Source: Chiloscyllium plagiosum
Taxonomy: Eukaryota
Direction of reading: 5' to 3'
DNA: 35,606 bases
Assembly: GCF_004010195.1 (NCBI RefSeq)
Contig: NC_057718.1
Location: 74,344,295-74,379,900 of the forward strand
This document shows, piece by piece, positions 10,997-22,844 of this stretch. Made by a program: the position numbers and the translations under genes. Numbering within the stretch: the first letter of the stretch is position 1; every line of letters starts with the position of its first letter. The notes below the pieces were generated by a model. That model did not search any database, had not been told where the DNA came from, and saw only the letters and a program-made list of their open reading frames with translations.

Positions 10997-12024
10997 AACA
11001 AAAACTTCCAGCTCGGCGAACAGAACCACAACAACGAGCACCCGAGCTACAAATCTTCGCACAAACTTTGAATGTCCATATTACAGAGGAGGAGGTGCTG
11101 GATATCTTAAAATGCATAAAGATCGATACGTTCTTGGGACCTGCTCAGATGTACCTGAGAGTTTTGTAGGAAGCTGGAGAAGCAATTGTTGGGTCCCTTG
11201 CTGAGATATTTCGATCATCAATAGCCACAAGTAATGTGCCAGAAGATTAGAGGTTAGCTATTTAAGAAATGTGGCAAGGAATAGCCAGGGGACGATTGAC
11301 CTGTGAGTCTGGTATAAAGGTCACGGCAGGACGCTGAACAGCATTGATATTCAGAGGGATCTTGGGGTTCATGTCCATAGTTCACTGAAGTGGCCATGCA
11401 AGTAGATAGATTGGTAAAGAAGACATATGACATGCTCGCCTTTATTAGTTGGGGAATTGAGTACAACAGTCAGAATGTCATGTTGCAGCATTTAAAGTAC
11501 TGCAAGCAATTCTGGTCGTCACCTTACAGGAAGAATGTGGAAGCTTTGGAGAAGGTGCAGAAGAGGTTTACCAGGATACTGCCTGGATTAGAGGGTGTAA
11601 GCTATAAGGAAAGGCTAGAAAAACTAAGGTTATTTTCTGTGGAGCGGTGGAGGCTGAGGGGAGACTTATAGAAGTCCATAAAATTATAAGATGTATAGGT
11701 AGGGTTGATGGTTAGAATCGTTTTTCCATTGTTGAAATGCCTAATACTAAGAGGCTTGCATTTAAGATGAGAAAGGGAAATTCAACAGAGTTATGAGGGG
11801 TAAGGTTTGTACATAGAGAGTGCTAGGAGAGTAGAACTCACTACCAGGGGTGGTGGAGGAAGCAGATACGATAGGGGCATTTAAGAAACTTTTGATTAGC
11901 ACATGAATATGCAAGGAATTGAGGGGTATAGGGATTAGTTTAATTTGGCTTCATGTTTGGCACATTAATCATGGGCCGAAGGGCCCATTCCTGTACTGTA
12001 CAATTCTATGTTCTACATACACAG

Positions 12025-12165
12025 ATCTTTGATTTTAAGCATGTCAAGGGTTATTGAGGGACAAGCAGGAACACAATAAGATCAACCATCATTTTATTGA
12101 ACAGCAGTGAAGGTTCAAGGGACCAAATAGCCTACTCTTTCTCCTGTTTCATACGTCTATGTGAT
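12025..12165 (+). mobile_element. Old CR1 3'UTR fragment
   Basis: tcaagggttat..gatcaaccat..ttcaagggaccaaatagcctactc resembles the tails at 350-470 and 22280-22395. Confidence 0.65.
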
Positions 12166-13234
12166 CCCCCGTAATCATTATGAACTGTTAGGAGAAGGCA
12201 AAGAAAGTTGCAGAAGCAAAAAGGATCATCAAATAAGAAGCTAGAAATTCAAAGAAGCATAAAGATCTCCCACTCTTAAGTGTTCCATCACTGATATATG
12301 AAGTTTTGCACTGATCCACATTGAAGGATAAATTGCTCATGCACAGCTCCTGGCAAGAAAATGAAGTGCATGTCAATCAGGATTACAATGCTGACTCTTT
12401 AACTGTACTTTTAAGTGTACGTCCTTGCTGGAACTGTAGAAGTGTTGGATTTTATTGTAGCTGAGCAAGGATACCTGCACTGAAAGCTCTGTGAAGTGTT
12501 CAGCAAATCAGCAAGTCATGCTAGACTTACATAAAAGCATAAGAATGAGGAGAAGGAGTAGGCCATTGGACTCCTCAAGCCTACTCTGCCATTCAACAAA
12601 ATCTTGGCTGATCTACAAGCCTCAACTCCTCTTTTGTGCCAGCAAAATATAGCTGTCAATTCCCTGATGTTTTAAAAATCTATCTATCTCCTATTTAAAT
12701 ACTTTACGTCTCGCTTGAGCAGAGAATTCCAGACATTCACTACCTTAGGGAGAAGAAATTCCTTCACAATTCAGTTTTAAACGAGTATACACTTATTCTG
12801 TAAATATATTCTCTAGTTTGAGATTTCCCCGTGAATAGAAATTTGTTCTCAACAGCCACCTGTAAACCCTCCCCTCAGAGGTTTTTAGCTTCAATAAGCT
12901 CATTCCTCATTTTCTAAAATGTAATGGATAACGGACAAATCTTTGTAGCCATGCTTATTAAGTCACATCCTTTATCTCAGGAATAAGTCTGGCGCATTTC
13001 TTTTCAACAGCACTTCCAGCAACAAAAGCTAAAATTGCTGTAAAAGCTGAGCAGGTCTTACAGATTCTATGGAGGCAAATCAGAGATTACATTTCAGGTC
13101 CTTCCTTGGGACCCAATGTCTTTCTAAAATGGGAAACCAAACCATATTGTACCTCAGGGGTAGCGTCACCACAATCTTATACATTTTTAACAAAACTTCC
13201 CTGTTTTTAAACTCTAATCCTCTCACGATAGAGA

Positions 13235-13582
13235 ACTCTTCGGGCAGGAGGCAGTGTTGATGGGCTCCGGAGTGGCGGCAGCATCTTTGGAGGCAGCGTG
13301 GCTACAGAGTCGGTCAGTCTCGCTTCTCTGTGGAATGGGCCCCTGGCGGTGGCATGGTTTAGGCTGGGGAACTCGGAGTGGACCACATTTGGTGGATGGC
13401 ATGGGCTGGGAAGCTGGCAGTGGGACTCTGTAGCAGCCACAAAGGAAAAGTTGGACTCTCTTTAAATTATCTTTTTAAAATTTTATTCTCAGTTAATGTG
13501 AATGGCGCCGATGTACGGTGACGGTACACACTATTCACTGTGTTTTATATTGAATACATGTGACAATAAAGAATATTCTGTT
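13235..13582 (+). mobile_element. GC-rich non-autonomous retroposon with a LINE-like tail
   Basis: GC-rich body ending ttcactgtg..atacatgtgacaataaa. Flanked by near-identical cgatagaga (13226-13234) and cgataaaga (13583-13591). Confidence 0.55.
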
Positions 13583-13596
13583 CGATAAAGACCAAA

Positions 13597-13732
13597 AGAT
13601 AAAACAAAGAACTGCAATTGCTGGAAATCTGAAACAAAAACTGAAATTGCCGGAGAAACTCAGTAGGTCTTTCAGCAGCGATGGAGAAAAAGCAGGGTTA
13701 ACATTTCGGGTCCAGTGACCCTTCTTCAGAAC
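13597..13732 (-). mobile_element. PLE pseudo-LTR fragment with a hammerhead motif at 13697-13732
   Basis: The minus strand reads gtt-ctgaagaa-gggtc-actg-gaccc-gaaa-tgtt-aac. Confidence 0.75.
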
Positions 13733-14648
13733 ACAAAATATAATTTGCCTTCTTATGCTGGGATTATGTAAATTTTTTGTTAGGCCACAGCTAAAGTATT
13801 GTGTGCAGTTCAGGGATCCAGAGGGATCCAGTAGGAATCGGTGTAGCAGTGCAGAAAATGCAGTGGGGAATTACCAGGATGTTGCCTGGGGTGGAGAGTT
13901 TTAGTTACAAGGAGAGATTGGGGTAGTTTTCCTTTGAGCAGAGGAGATTGAGGAGGGATATGATTGAGATGTATAAAATTATGTGGATCATGAATAGGGT
14001 AAACAGGAAGGAACTTTTCCTCTGGATGAAGGGAGTAACAACTGGGGGCATAGCCCTAAAAGGTGGGGAGGCAATAGCCTGGTGGAAGTATCACTGGGCT
14101 GTTAATCCAGATGTCCAGGTAATGGTCTGGGGAACTGGGTTTGAATCCTGCTACAGCAGGTGGTAGAATTTGAACTCGATAAAGAAAACCTGAAATTCAG
14201 AGTCTCATGACGATCACAATTCCATTGCTGGAAAATACCCTCTGGTTCACCGATGCTACAGATAGAATCACAGAGTCCTACAGCACAGAGACAGGCTCTC
14301 CAGCCCAAACTGAGCCATGCTGATCAAAATGTCCATCCACGCTAATCCCATTTCCCTGCAATTGACCCATATCCTTGTAAACCTTTCCTATCCATGTATT
14401 TGTCCAAATGCCTTTTAAATGTTGGTAATGTACCCACCTCAACCACTTCTGCTGGCAGCTCATTCCATATGTGTAACAATGTTGCCCCTCAGGTTCCCTT
14501 TTATTCTTTCCCCTCTAACCTTAAAATCTTGCCCTCTCGTCCTCAATTCCCAAACTCTGGGAAAAGACTGAGTGCATTCACACTATCCATGTAACTCTTG
14601 ATCTTTTACACTTCAATAAGATCCCATCTCTGACTCCTACATTCCAAA

Positions 14649-14815
14649 TTCTGGATTAGTGGTGCTGGAAAAGCACAGCAGTTCAGGCAGCATCCGAGGA
14701 GCAGTAAAATCGACGTTTCAGGCAAAAGCCCTTCATCAGGAATATAGGCAGAGTGCCTGAAGGGTGGAGAGATAAATGAGAGGAGGGTGGGGGGTGGGGA
14801 GAAAGTAGCATAGAG
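14649..14815 (-). mobile_element. PLE pseudo-LTR insertion with an 8-bp TSD and a hammerhead motif at 14708-14743
   Basis: TSD attccaaa at 14641-14648 and 14816-14823. The minus strand reads attc-ctgatgaa-gggc-tttt-gcct-gaaa-cgtc-gatt. Confidence 0.82.
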
Positions 14816-15268
14816 ATTCCAAAGAAAATCTTCTAGCTTGTTCAACCTCTCCCTCTAACTCAGATGGTTGAGTCCTAGCAATATCCTTGTAAATTTCTTC
14901 TGCACTCTTTCCAGTTTAATAACACTCTTCCTACAGCAAGGTGACCAAAACTGAACACAATACTCCAAGTGCGGCCTCACCAACATTCTGTACAACAGCA
15001 ACATTACTTCCTAGCTTCAATACTCAATGCCCTGACTGATGAAGGCCAGTGTGCCAGAAGCCTTCTTCACTGCCCTGTCTACCTGTAACTCTATTTTCAT
15101 GAACCGTGCACCTGAACTCCAAGATTCCTTTGAACCACTACACTCCTTAAGGCCTTACACCATGAAACTCCGATCTTGATTTGACTTTCCAAAATGCAAG
15201 ACCTCACAATTATCCATATTAAACTCCATTTGCCATTTCTCAGCCCACTTCCCCAGCTGATCTATGTC

Positions 15269-16858
15269 ATAGAACATAGAACATTACAGCGCAGTACAGG
15301 CTCTTCAGTCCTTGATGTTGCGCTGATCTGTGGAACCAATCTGAAGCCCATCTAACCTACACTATTCATAAGCCTATCCAATGACCATTTATATGCTCTT
15401 AAAGTTGGCAAGTCTACTACTGTTGCAGGCAGTGCTTTCCATGCTCCTTACTACTCTCTGAGTAAAGAAGCTACCTCTGACATCTGTCCTATATCTATCA
15501 CCTCTCAATTTAAAGCTATGTCCTCTCATGCTAGCCATTGCCATACGAGGAAAAAGGCTCTCACTGTCCACCCTAACTAACCCTCTGATTATCTTATATG
15601 TCTCAATTCAGTCACCTCTCAACCTTCTTCTCTCAAACAAAAACAGCTTCACGTCCCACAGCCTTTTCTTGTAAGACCTTCTCACCATACTAGGCAACGT
15701 CCTAGTAAATCTCCTCTGAACCCTTTCCAAAGCTTCCACATCCTTCCCATCATGCGGTCTATGGAACTGTATAGAATAGTCCAAGCTGCAGCTGCACCGA
15801 AGTTTTGTACAACTGCATCATGATCTCATGGTTCTGAGACTCAATCCCTGTACCAATAAAAGCCAACACACCATATGCCTTCTTAACAACCCTATCAATT
15901 TGGGTGGCAACTTCCAAGGATCTATGTACCTGGACACCAAGATCTCTCTGCTCATCTACATGACCAAGAGCCTTACCATTAGGCCAGTACTCTGCATTCC
16001 TGTTACTCCTCCACCTCACACTTTTCCACATTAAACTCCATTTGCCACATCTCAGCCCAGCTCTGCAATTTATTTATGTCTCTCTGTAGATCATCTGAGG
16101 AGCAGGAAAATCAATGTTTCAAGTAAAAGCCCTTCGTCAGAGCCTGAAGGGCACGATTTTCCTGCTCCTTGGATGCAGCCTGACCTGCTGTGCTTTTCCA
16201 GCACCACTCTAATCCAGACTCTGATCTCCAACATCTGCAGTCCTCATTTTCCTCTATGTCTCCTTGTACCCTATAACATCCTTCATCACTATCCATAACT
16301 CTACCGACCTTAGTGTCAGCCGCAAATGTACTAACTCATCCTTCTATGCCCTCATCCAGGTCATTTATATAAATGACAAACAACAGTGGACCCAAAACAG
16401 ATCCTTGCGGTACCCCACTAGTAATTGAACCCCAGAATGAATATTTCCCATCAACCACCACCCTCTGCCTTCTTCCAGTTAGCCAATTTTTGATCCAAAC
16501 TGCTCCATCACCCTTAATCCCATTCTTCCATATTTTGTGCAATAGCCTACTATGGGGAACCTTTCAAACACTTTACTGAAATCCATATACACCACATCAA
16601 CCGCTTTCCCCTCATCCACCTGTTTGGTCACCTTCTCAAAGAACTCAATAAGGTTGTGAGGCACGACCTACTCTTCACAAAACAGTGTTGATTATCCCGA
16701 ATCAACTTATTCCTCTCTAGATGATTATAAATCCTATCACTTATAACCCTTTCCAACCCTTTACCCACAACCGAAGTAAGGCTTGCGGGTTTATAATTTC
16801 CAGGGTTGTCACTTCTCCCCTTCTTGAACAAGAGAACAACATTTGCTATCCTTCAGCC
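15269..16858 (-). mobile_element. CR1 LINE nested in another CR1
   Basis: Tail atagaacatagaac. Motifs [53 protein letters not shown] and RGHSFKLRG. Confidence 0.9.
16089..16254. mobile_element. Short fold-back PLE pseudo-LTR insertion
   Basis: ggagcaggaaaatc and gattttcctgctcc are inverted. Imperfect 14-bp TSD: tatgtctctctgta (16075-16088) and tatgtctccttgta (16255-16268). Confidence 0.78.
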
Positions 16859-17372
16859 TTCTGTCCTGCTGTAATTTCTGTTAAACCTCTTCATTGTTCA
16901 CGATACCACTATTTTAGTGTCATCTGCAAACTTACTAATCATGTCTTTTACATTCTCATCCAAATCATTAATATAGATAACAAACAGTAATGGGCTCAGC
17001 ACTGACCCCTCAGATATTCCACTAGTCACTGGCCTCCAGTCCAACAAGCTTTCTTCCACTATTACCCTCTTTCTTAACATCAAGCCAATTGTGTATCCAA
17101 TTTGCCAGTTCCCCCGGATTCCATGTGATCTAAACTTCCCAAGCAGCCTACCATGTGAACCTTATCAAAGGCCTTACTGAAATCTATACAGACTACGCCT
17201 ACCGCCCAGCCCTTGTCAACCTTCCTGGTCACTTCATCAAAGAACTCTACCAAATTTGTGAAGCATGATCTCCCACACACAAAGCCATGCTGACTTATCC
17301 TAATCAAACCCTGTTTTTCCAAATACATGTCTGTTATATCTCTCAGAATCTTCTGAAGTAACTTATCCACAA

Positions 17373-17790
17373 GAGTTAAAAAGTGTGGTGCTGGAAAAGC
17401 ACAGCAGGTTAGGTAGCATTCGAGGAGCAGATGTGTTGATGTTTCGGGTGTAAGCTCTTTATCAGGAGAAGGGGATGGAGAGATAAATAGGAGTTGGGGG
17501 TGGGAGGAAGTTAGGTGGGAAGGTGATAGGTGAATTCACATGGGGGTAATTATGATAGGTCAGGGGGAGGGTGGAGTGGCTAGGTGGGAAGGAAAATGGA
17601 TAGGTAGCAGAGTTCAAGAGGCTGGTGCCAAGTTGGAGGGTTAGATCTGGGATAAGGTTGGGGGGAGGGGAGAAGTCAATGTTGATGCTCTGTGGTCGAA
17701 GGGCACCAAGATGGAAGATCAGGTGTTCTTCCTCCAGGTAGCAGGTGAGTTTGGTGGTGGAGAAGGCCCAACACTTGCATGTCCTTAGGG
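17373..17790 (-). mobile_element. PLE 3' fragment (GIY-YIG C-terminus and pseudo-LTR)
   Basis: Homologous to 30610-31049 (aaggacatgca..tggaggaagaacacctgatcttcc..cttttccagcaccacact on the minus strand). Confidence 0.8.
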
Positions 17791-18497
17791 GAACTCCTTG
17801 ATACCAGGCCCACGGCGATTTACTCTTCAGTGCAGGTCTCTGCTTCCAGGCTGTAATGTATGTGTCAAAATGATACCTCTCCCTCTCGATCGTCCTCTGC
17901 TGGATGTTCTTTAGGGAAGAAAACTGCCATCCTTACCTGGCATGTTCTACAAGTGACTCCAGGCCCACTGCATGTGATTGACCCTTAACTGCCCTTTGGG
18001 CAATTGGGGATGGGCAATAGAAGCTCGCCCAGCTAGTAATACCGTCATCCCACTAATGAATATGAAAAAGATAAGGGCTGGGAGGTTTAGAGGGGATGTG
18101 AGGAAAACATGTTCACCCAGAGGTTGGACCTCACTGTCAATAAGAGTGGTAAAGGCAGAAATCCTCATAACATTTAAGAAGTATTTAGATATGCACTTGC
18201 ATTGCAAAGGCAGAAAAGACTATGTGCCAAGTGTTGGAAAATAGCATTAGAATAGCGAGGCACTTGTTGTTGACTAGTGCAGATTTGTTGTGCTCAATGG
18301 CTTTTTTCTGTGCTGTTGATCTCTGTGACTCTATGGCCCTCTCAGTACCATGTGCGCAATCATTGGCACCTTGCCCCAGGTAACAAGCTGTGTTTCCAAA
18401 TCTCATTGTCTGGGCTGCAGCATTGACCTTGTCATGGGGAAACAAAGTGAACTGCTGGGATCTTGTAGAGATGGCATCACTCACTAACTTAATGCCT

Positions 18498-19790
18498 TTA
18501 GAACATAGAACATAGAACTCTACAGTACAGGAACAGGCCCTTCAGCTGATGAGGCTATGCTGAACAAACGCCAAATTAAACTAATCATTCTGTCTGCCCT
18601 TTGTCTGTATCCTTCCATCCCTTGCATATTCATGTCCCTTAATTGCCCCATCCTATCTGCCTCCGCCACCACGACTGCAGCATGTTCCACACTCCTAGTA
18701 CTCATCTAAAAAACTTACCTCTCATATCTCCTTTGAACTTTTCCCCTCTCACCTTAAATATATGCCCCTTAGTATAAGACATTTCAACTCTGGGAACAGA
18801 ATTCTGACCATCAACCCTACCTATGCATCTTATAATTTTATAGACTTCTATAAGTCTCCCCTTACCTCTGCTGGTCGAGAGAAGACAATCCAGGTTTTTC
18901 TAGCCTCTCCTTATAGATCATACTCTCTAATCCAGGCAGCATCCTGGTGAACCTCTTCTGCGTGCTCTCCCATGCCTCCACATCCTTCCTGTAATGTGGT
19001 GACCAGAATTGTACACAATACTGAAAGTGTGGCCTAAGCTGCAAAGCTGTAAAGCTGCAATATGACATCTTGAATCTTGGACTCAATCCCCGACCAAGAA
19101 AGACAAGCATGCAATAGGCCTTCTTTCACATCCTATCTACTTGCATGGACACTTTTAGGGAGCTAGAAACCTGAATGCCAAGATCCCTCTGTACATTAAT
19201 GCTGTTCAGGGTCCTGCCATTAACTGTACATTTCTCCTTAACATTTGATCTCCCAAAGTACAGCCCCTCACTCTTACCTGGATTAAACTCCACCTGTCAT
19301 TTCTCTGCCCATATCTGCAATTGATCTGCTTTCCTCTGTATCCTTTGTCTCATCTTTATATCATCTGCAAACTTATTAACCTACCCATCTACATTTTCAT
19401 CTGAGTCATTCATATATGTCACAATATCACAAGCAGCAGAGGTCCCGGTTTGGATCCCTGTGGAACACCATGAGACACTAGACCTCAGCCGGAAAAGCAG
19501 CCTTCCACTATTACCCTCTGCCTTCTATAGGCAAGCCAATTCTGAGTCCAAGCAGCCAAGCCACCATGGATCCCATGCATCTTAATCTTCTGGGTGAACC
19601 TACCTAATGTCCATGTAGGTAACATCCAGTACTCTACCCTTATCGATCACCTTCATCACATCCTCAAAAAATTCAATCAAAGTCAGTAAGACATAGTCTG
19701 TCTCACACAAAGCCACACTGATTGTCTCTAATTAGGCCATGCTTTTCCCTAAGATTTCTCTCCAATAGCTTCCCAGCTACAGACGTGAGT
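18498..19790 (-). mobile_element. CR1 LINE 3' region with deletions
   Basis: (tagaaca)n tail. ORF 18862-19110 reads RPHFQYCVQFWSPHYRKDVE..QKRFTRMLPGL. RT remnants include tcatctgcaaac and ggatccctgtggaacacc. Confidence 0.88.
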
Positions 19791-20401
19791 CTCATATTTT
19801 GCTCTAGACAAATGAAACATGTGGATGTGAAAAACACATCTTACATTGAATGAGAAGTTGTTTCACCTAAATGGAAAAGTCAACACAAATGGGCATAAGA
19901 GAGTTCATCAATCACTCTGTGAAATTTAGGCCAAATTAAATCTGCATGTGCATAACAGTTCTTTAAAGTTTGGTCTAAAAATCTACATATAAAAAGCATC
20001 TGAGAGTAGCAGAGTCCAAGAGAACTGACCTCTGGCATTAATCTTGATGCCCAGAAGACTTGAAAAATTAAATCAACGCTAAAATGGGATGAATTGCTGA
20101 TAACAATATAATTTATTCATTTAAAAAGTTTCAGGCAGAATACAATTACTTGAAGTTTTGTTATAGGTCTACACCACTCTTTATCATCCTGTAAATTAAA
20201 GCTGAAGTGAAATTATGGCCCTGAGATTGCTGTGGGTCTGGTTCACTCTCTGAGAGCTACATATACAAATTCAGCGGGCTAAGTCCAGCAGAAATATCAG
20301 TCCATTATGAAAAACTTAAGTGACAACTAGTTGTCAAGGTATACTTTTCCTATCCTAGTCACAAAGCCACAGCCTCTCTGACTGGTACTGGACTTAGTTA
20401 T

Positions 20402-22395
20402 TTGAAGATTGTGCTATTTGAAAGGGAGAGGGTACAATTGGAAGTGACAATATTTCAGTTGAATAAAGGGAACTATGGAGCTATGAAGGAGGAGGCTGGC
20501 CAAAGTTCAATAGTGCAATACCCTAGCAGGGATGGCAGTGGAGCAACAATGGCAGGTACTTCTGGGTATAATGCAGAAGGTGCAGGATCAGTTCATTCCA
20601 AAAAGGAAGAAAGATCCTAAGAGGAGGCAGGGTGGCCGTGGCAGATGAGGGAAGTTAAGAAACACATAAAGTTAAAAGAGAAAAAGTATAACATTGCAAA
20701 GATGAGTGGGAAAACGGAGGACTTGGAAGCTTTTAAAGAACAATAGAGGATTACTAAGAAGGAAATACGCAGAGAAAAAATGAGGTACGAAGGTAAAATG
20801 GCCAAAAATATAAAGGAGGATAGTAAAAGCTTTTTTAGATATGTGAAAGGAAAAAAAATGGTTAAGACTAAAATTGGGCCCTTGAAGACAGATACAGGTG
20901 AATATATTACGGGGAACAAAGAAATGGCAGAAGAGTTGAATTGGTACTTCAGATCTGTGTTCACTGGGGAAGACACAAGCAATCTCCCTGAGGTAACAGT
21001 GGCTGANNNNNNNNNNNNNNNNNNNNNNNNNNNNNNNNNNNNNNNNNNNNNNNNNNNNNNNNNNNNNNNNNNNNNNNNNNNNNNNNNNNNNNNNNNNNNN
21101 NNNNNNNNNNNNNNNNNNNNNNNNNNNNNNNNNNNNNNNNNNNNNNNNNNNNNNNNNNNNNNNNNNNNNNNNNNNNNNNNNNNNNNNNNNNNNNNNNNNN
21201 NNNNNNNNNNNNNNNNNNNNNNNNNNNNNNNNNNNNNNNNNNNNNNNNNNNNNNNNNNNNNNNNNNNNNNNNNNNNNNNNNNNNNNNNNNNNNNGGGGCA
21301 AAGTACTGACTTGGATTGAAAATTGGTTGGCTGACAGGAAACAAAGAGTAGTAATAAACGACTTCCTTTCGGAATGGCAGGCACCGACCAGTGGTGTACC
21401 GCAGGGATCAGTGCTGGGACCGCAGCTTTTTACAATGTACATTAATGATATAGATGAAGGTATTAAAAGTAATATTAGCAAATTTGCTGATGATATAAAG
21501 CTGGGTGGCAGAGTGAAATGTGAGGAGGATGTTAGGAGATTACAGGGTGATCTGGACAGGCTAGGTGAGTGGACAGGTGGATGGCAGATGCAGCTTAATG
21601 TGGATAAATATGTGGTTATCCACTTTGGTGGCAAGAACAGGAAGGCAGATTACTACCTAAATGGAGTCAAGTTAGGTAAAGGGGCAGTACAATGAGATCT
21701 AGGTGTTCTTGTACATCAGTCAATGGAAGCAAGTATGCAGGTACAGTAGGCAGTGAAGAAAGCTAATAGCATGTTGGCCTTCATAACAAGAGGAAGTGAG
21801 TATAGAAGCAAAGAGGTTATTCTGCAGCTGTACAGGGCGCTGGTGAGACCGCACCTGGAATATTGTGTGAGTTTTGGTCTCCAAATTTGAGGAACGACAT
21901 TCTGGCTATTGAGGGAGTGCAGCGTAGGTTCACGAGGTCAATTCCCAGAATGGCGGGACTATCTTACGTTGAAAGATTGGAGCGACTGGACTTGTATACC
22001 CTTGAGGTAAGAAGGCTGAGAGGGGATCTGATTGAGACGTATAAGATTATTAAAGGATTGGACACTGTGGAGGCAGGAAGCATGTTTCCGCTGATGGGTG
22101 ATTCCCGAACCAGAGGACACAGTTTAAAAATAAGGGGTAGGCCACTTAGAACAGAGTTGAGGAGAAACTTCTTCACCCAGAGAGTGGTGGGTGTGTGGAA
22201 TGGTCTGTCCCAGAAGGCTGTGGAGGCCAAGTCTTTGGATACTTTCAAGGAAGAGATGGATAGAGCTCTTAAGGATAGTGAAATCAAGGGTTATGGGGAT
22301 ACTGATTGAGGATGATCAGCCATGATCATAATGAATGGTGGTGCTGGCTCGAAGGGCAGAATGGCCTACTCCTGCACTTATTGTCTATTGTCTAT
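20402..22395 (+). mobile_element. Relatively young CR1 LINE ORF2 and 3'UTR spanning an N gap
   Basis: [49 protein letters not shown], and RRLRGDLIETYKI..TRGHSLK. Tail ttgtctattgtctat. Confidence 0.94.
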
Positions 22396-22516
22396 AAACA
22401 CTGAGGTAAATAACATATTGTCACAGGTTGTAGCTCCCTAATTTGGCAGCCTCAGGACTTCGCTTTCTTAGACTAGAGAATTTGCCAGACAATAGAAGGT
22501 CATGTGTTGGGGAGGT

Positions 22517-22687
22517 AAAAATCACATAACACTTTCTTTCAGAGTGCCGCTCCTTCATCAGGTGGTTGTCCTGATGAAGGAGCGTCGCTCCGAAAGCTGG
22601 TGCTTCCAATTAAACCTGTTGGACTTTAACCTGGTATTGTGTGATTTTTAACTTTGCACACCCCAGTCCAACACTGGCATCTCCGAA
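22517..22687. mobile_element. Short fold-back PLE pseudo-LTR insertion with a 17-bp TSD
   Basis: ctccttcatcagg and cctgatgaaggag are inverted about 22565. TSD tcatgtgttgg(g/a)gaggt at 22500-22516 and 22688-22704. Hammerhead core ctgatgaa-ggagc-gtc-gctcc-gaaa-gct from 22571. Confidence 0.85.
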
Positions 22688-22844
22688 TCATGTGTTGGAG
22701 AGGTTTCCCTAATCCCATCTTTCTTCAATGATCCAGAAGGCTCTGTAGGAATAGGCATATTGCAGCAACTCAAAAATAATATTTTTTTAAAAACTTGAGA
22801 CAGTCTGTATCCAGCAAAGTTAAACATTAATATTATTACTATTA

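Larger units (their letters stand above)
10371..11070. mobile_element. Fold-back (palindromic) Penelope-like insertion with a 12-bp TSD
   Basis: Arms 10371-10701 and 10704-11034 are reverse complements. The + arm encodes a GIY-YIG C-terminus HEFDWDNTTII..AREFLEAWHS..SINKHIDLDPIY. TSD aatgtccatatt at 10361-10372 and 11071-11082. Confidence 0.93.
10140..12016 (+). mobile_element. Internally deleted CR1 LINE, interrupted by a PLE palindrome
   Basis: Reads KYFASVFTVEKD before the insertion and HITEEEVLDILKCIKID after it, then QVDRLVKK..EKVQKRFTRILPGL..RLRGDL. Tail gggccgaagggccc..ttctatgttcta. Confidence 0.9.
12535..13756 (-). mobile_element. Old CR1 3' region with three nested insertions
   Basis: Begins with tail cataagaa..aggagtaggccatt. 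It continues gaattccagacattcac..gaagaaattcct and resumes as atttgccttctt after 13735. Confidence 0.75.
14258..17372 (-). mobile_element. CR1 LINE (14258-15268 and 16860-17372), interrupted
   Basis: 3' tail tagaatcacagagtcctacagc. RT motifs QHGFVCGRSCFTNLVEFF, DFSKAFDKV and [26 protein letters not shown] in ORFs 16898-17370. Confidence 0.88.
14064..18067 (+). mobile_element. tRNA-derived SINE split into 14064-14256 and 17900-18067
   Basis: The head has box B gggtttgaatcc and ends ctggttcaccgatg. It resumes gatgttctttagggaagaaaactgcc and ends gggatgggcaatagaagct..catcccactaatgaat, which matches the family B LINE tail. Confidence 0.7.
13780..18335 (+). mobile_element. CR1 3' fragment split into 13780-14063 and 18068-18335 by a nested stack
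   Basis: The left part reads RRDMIEMYKIM..TTGG and the right part RFRGDVRK..FKKYLDMHL with tail tgtgactctatg. The joined halves are colinear with the unsplit copy at 25205-25570. Confidence 0.8.

Noticed and set aside
12188..12520. Lys/Glu-rich stretch resembling an exon
   Set aside because: It has in-frame stops and no recognisable domain; it may be an ancient repeat relic but I cannot support a call.
20617..21634. Long ORFs of 127-320 aa
   Set aside because: They are inflated by the N gap and are CR1 sense or antisense frames.
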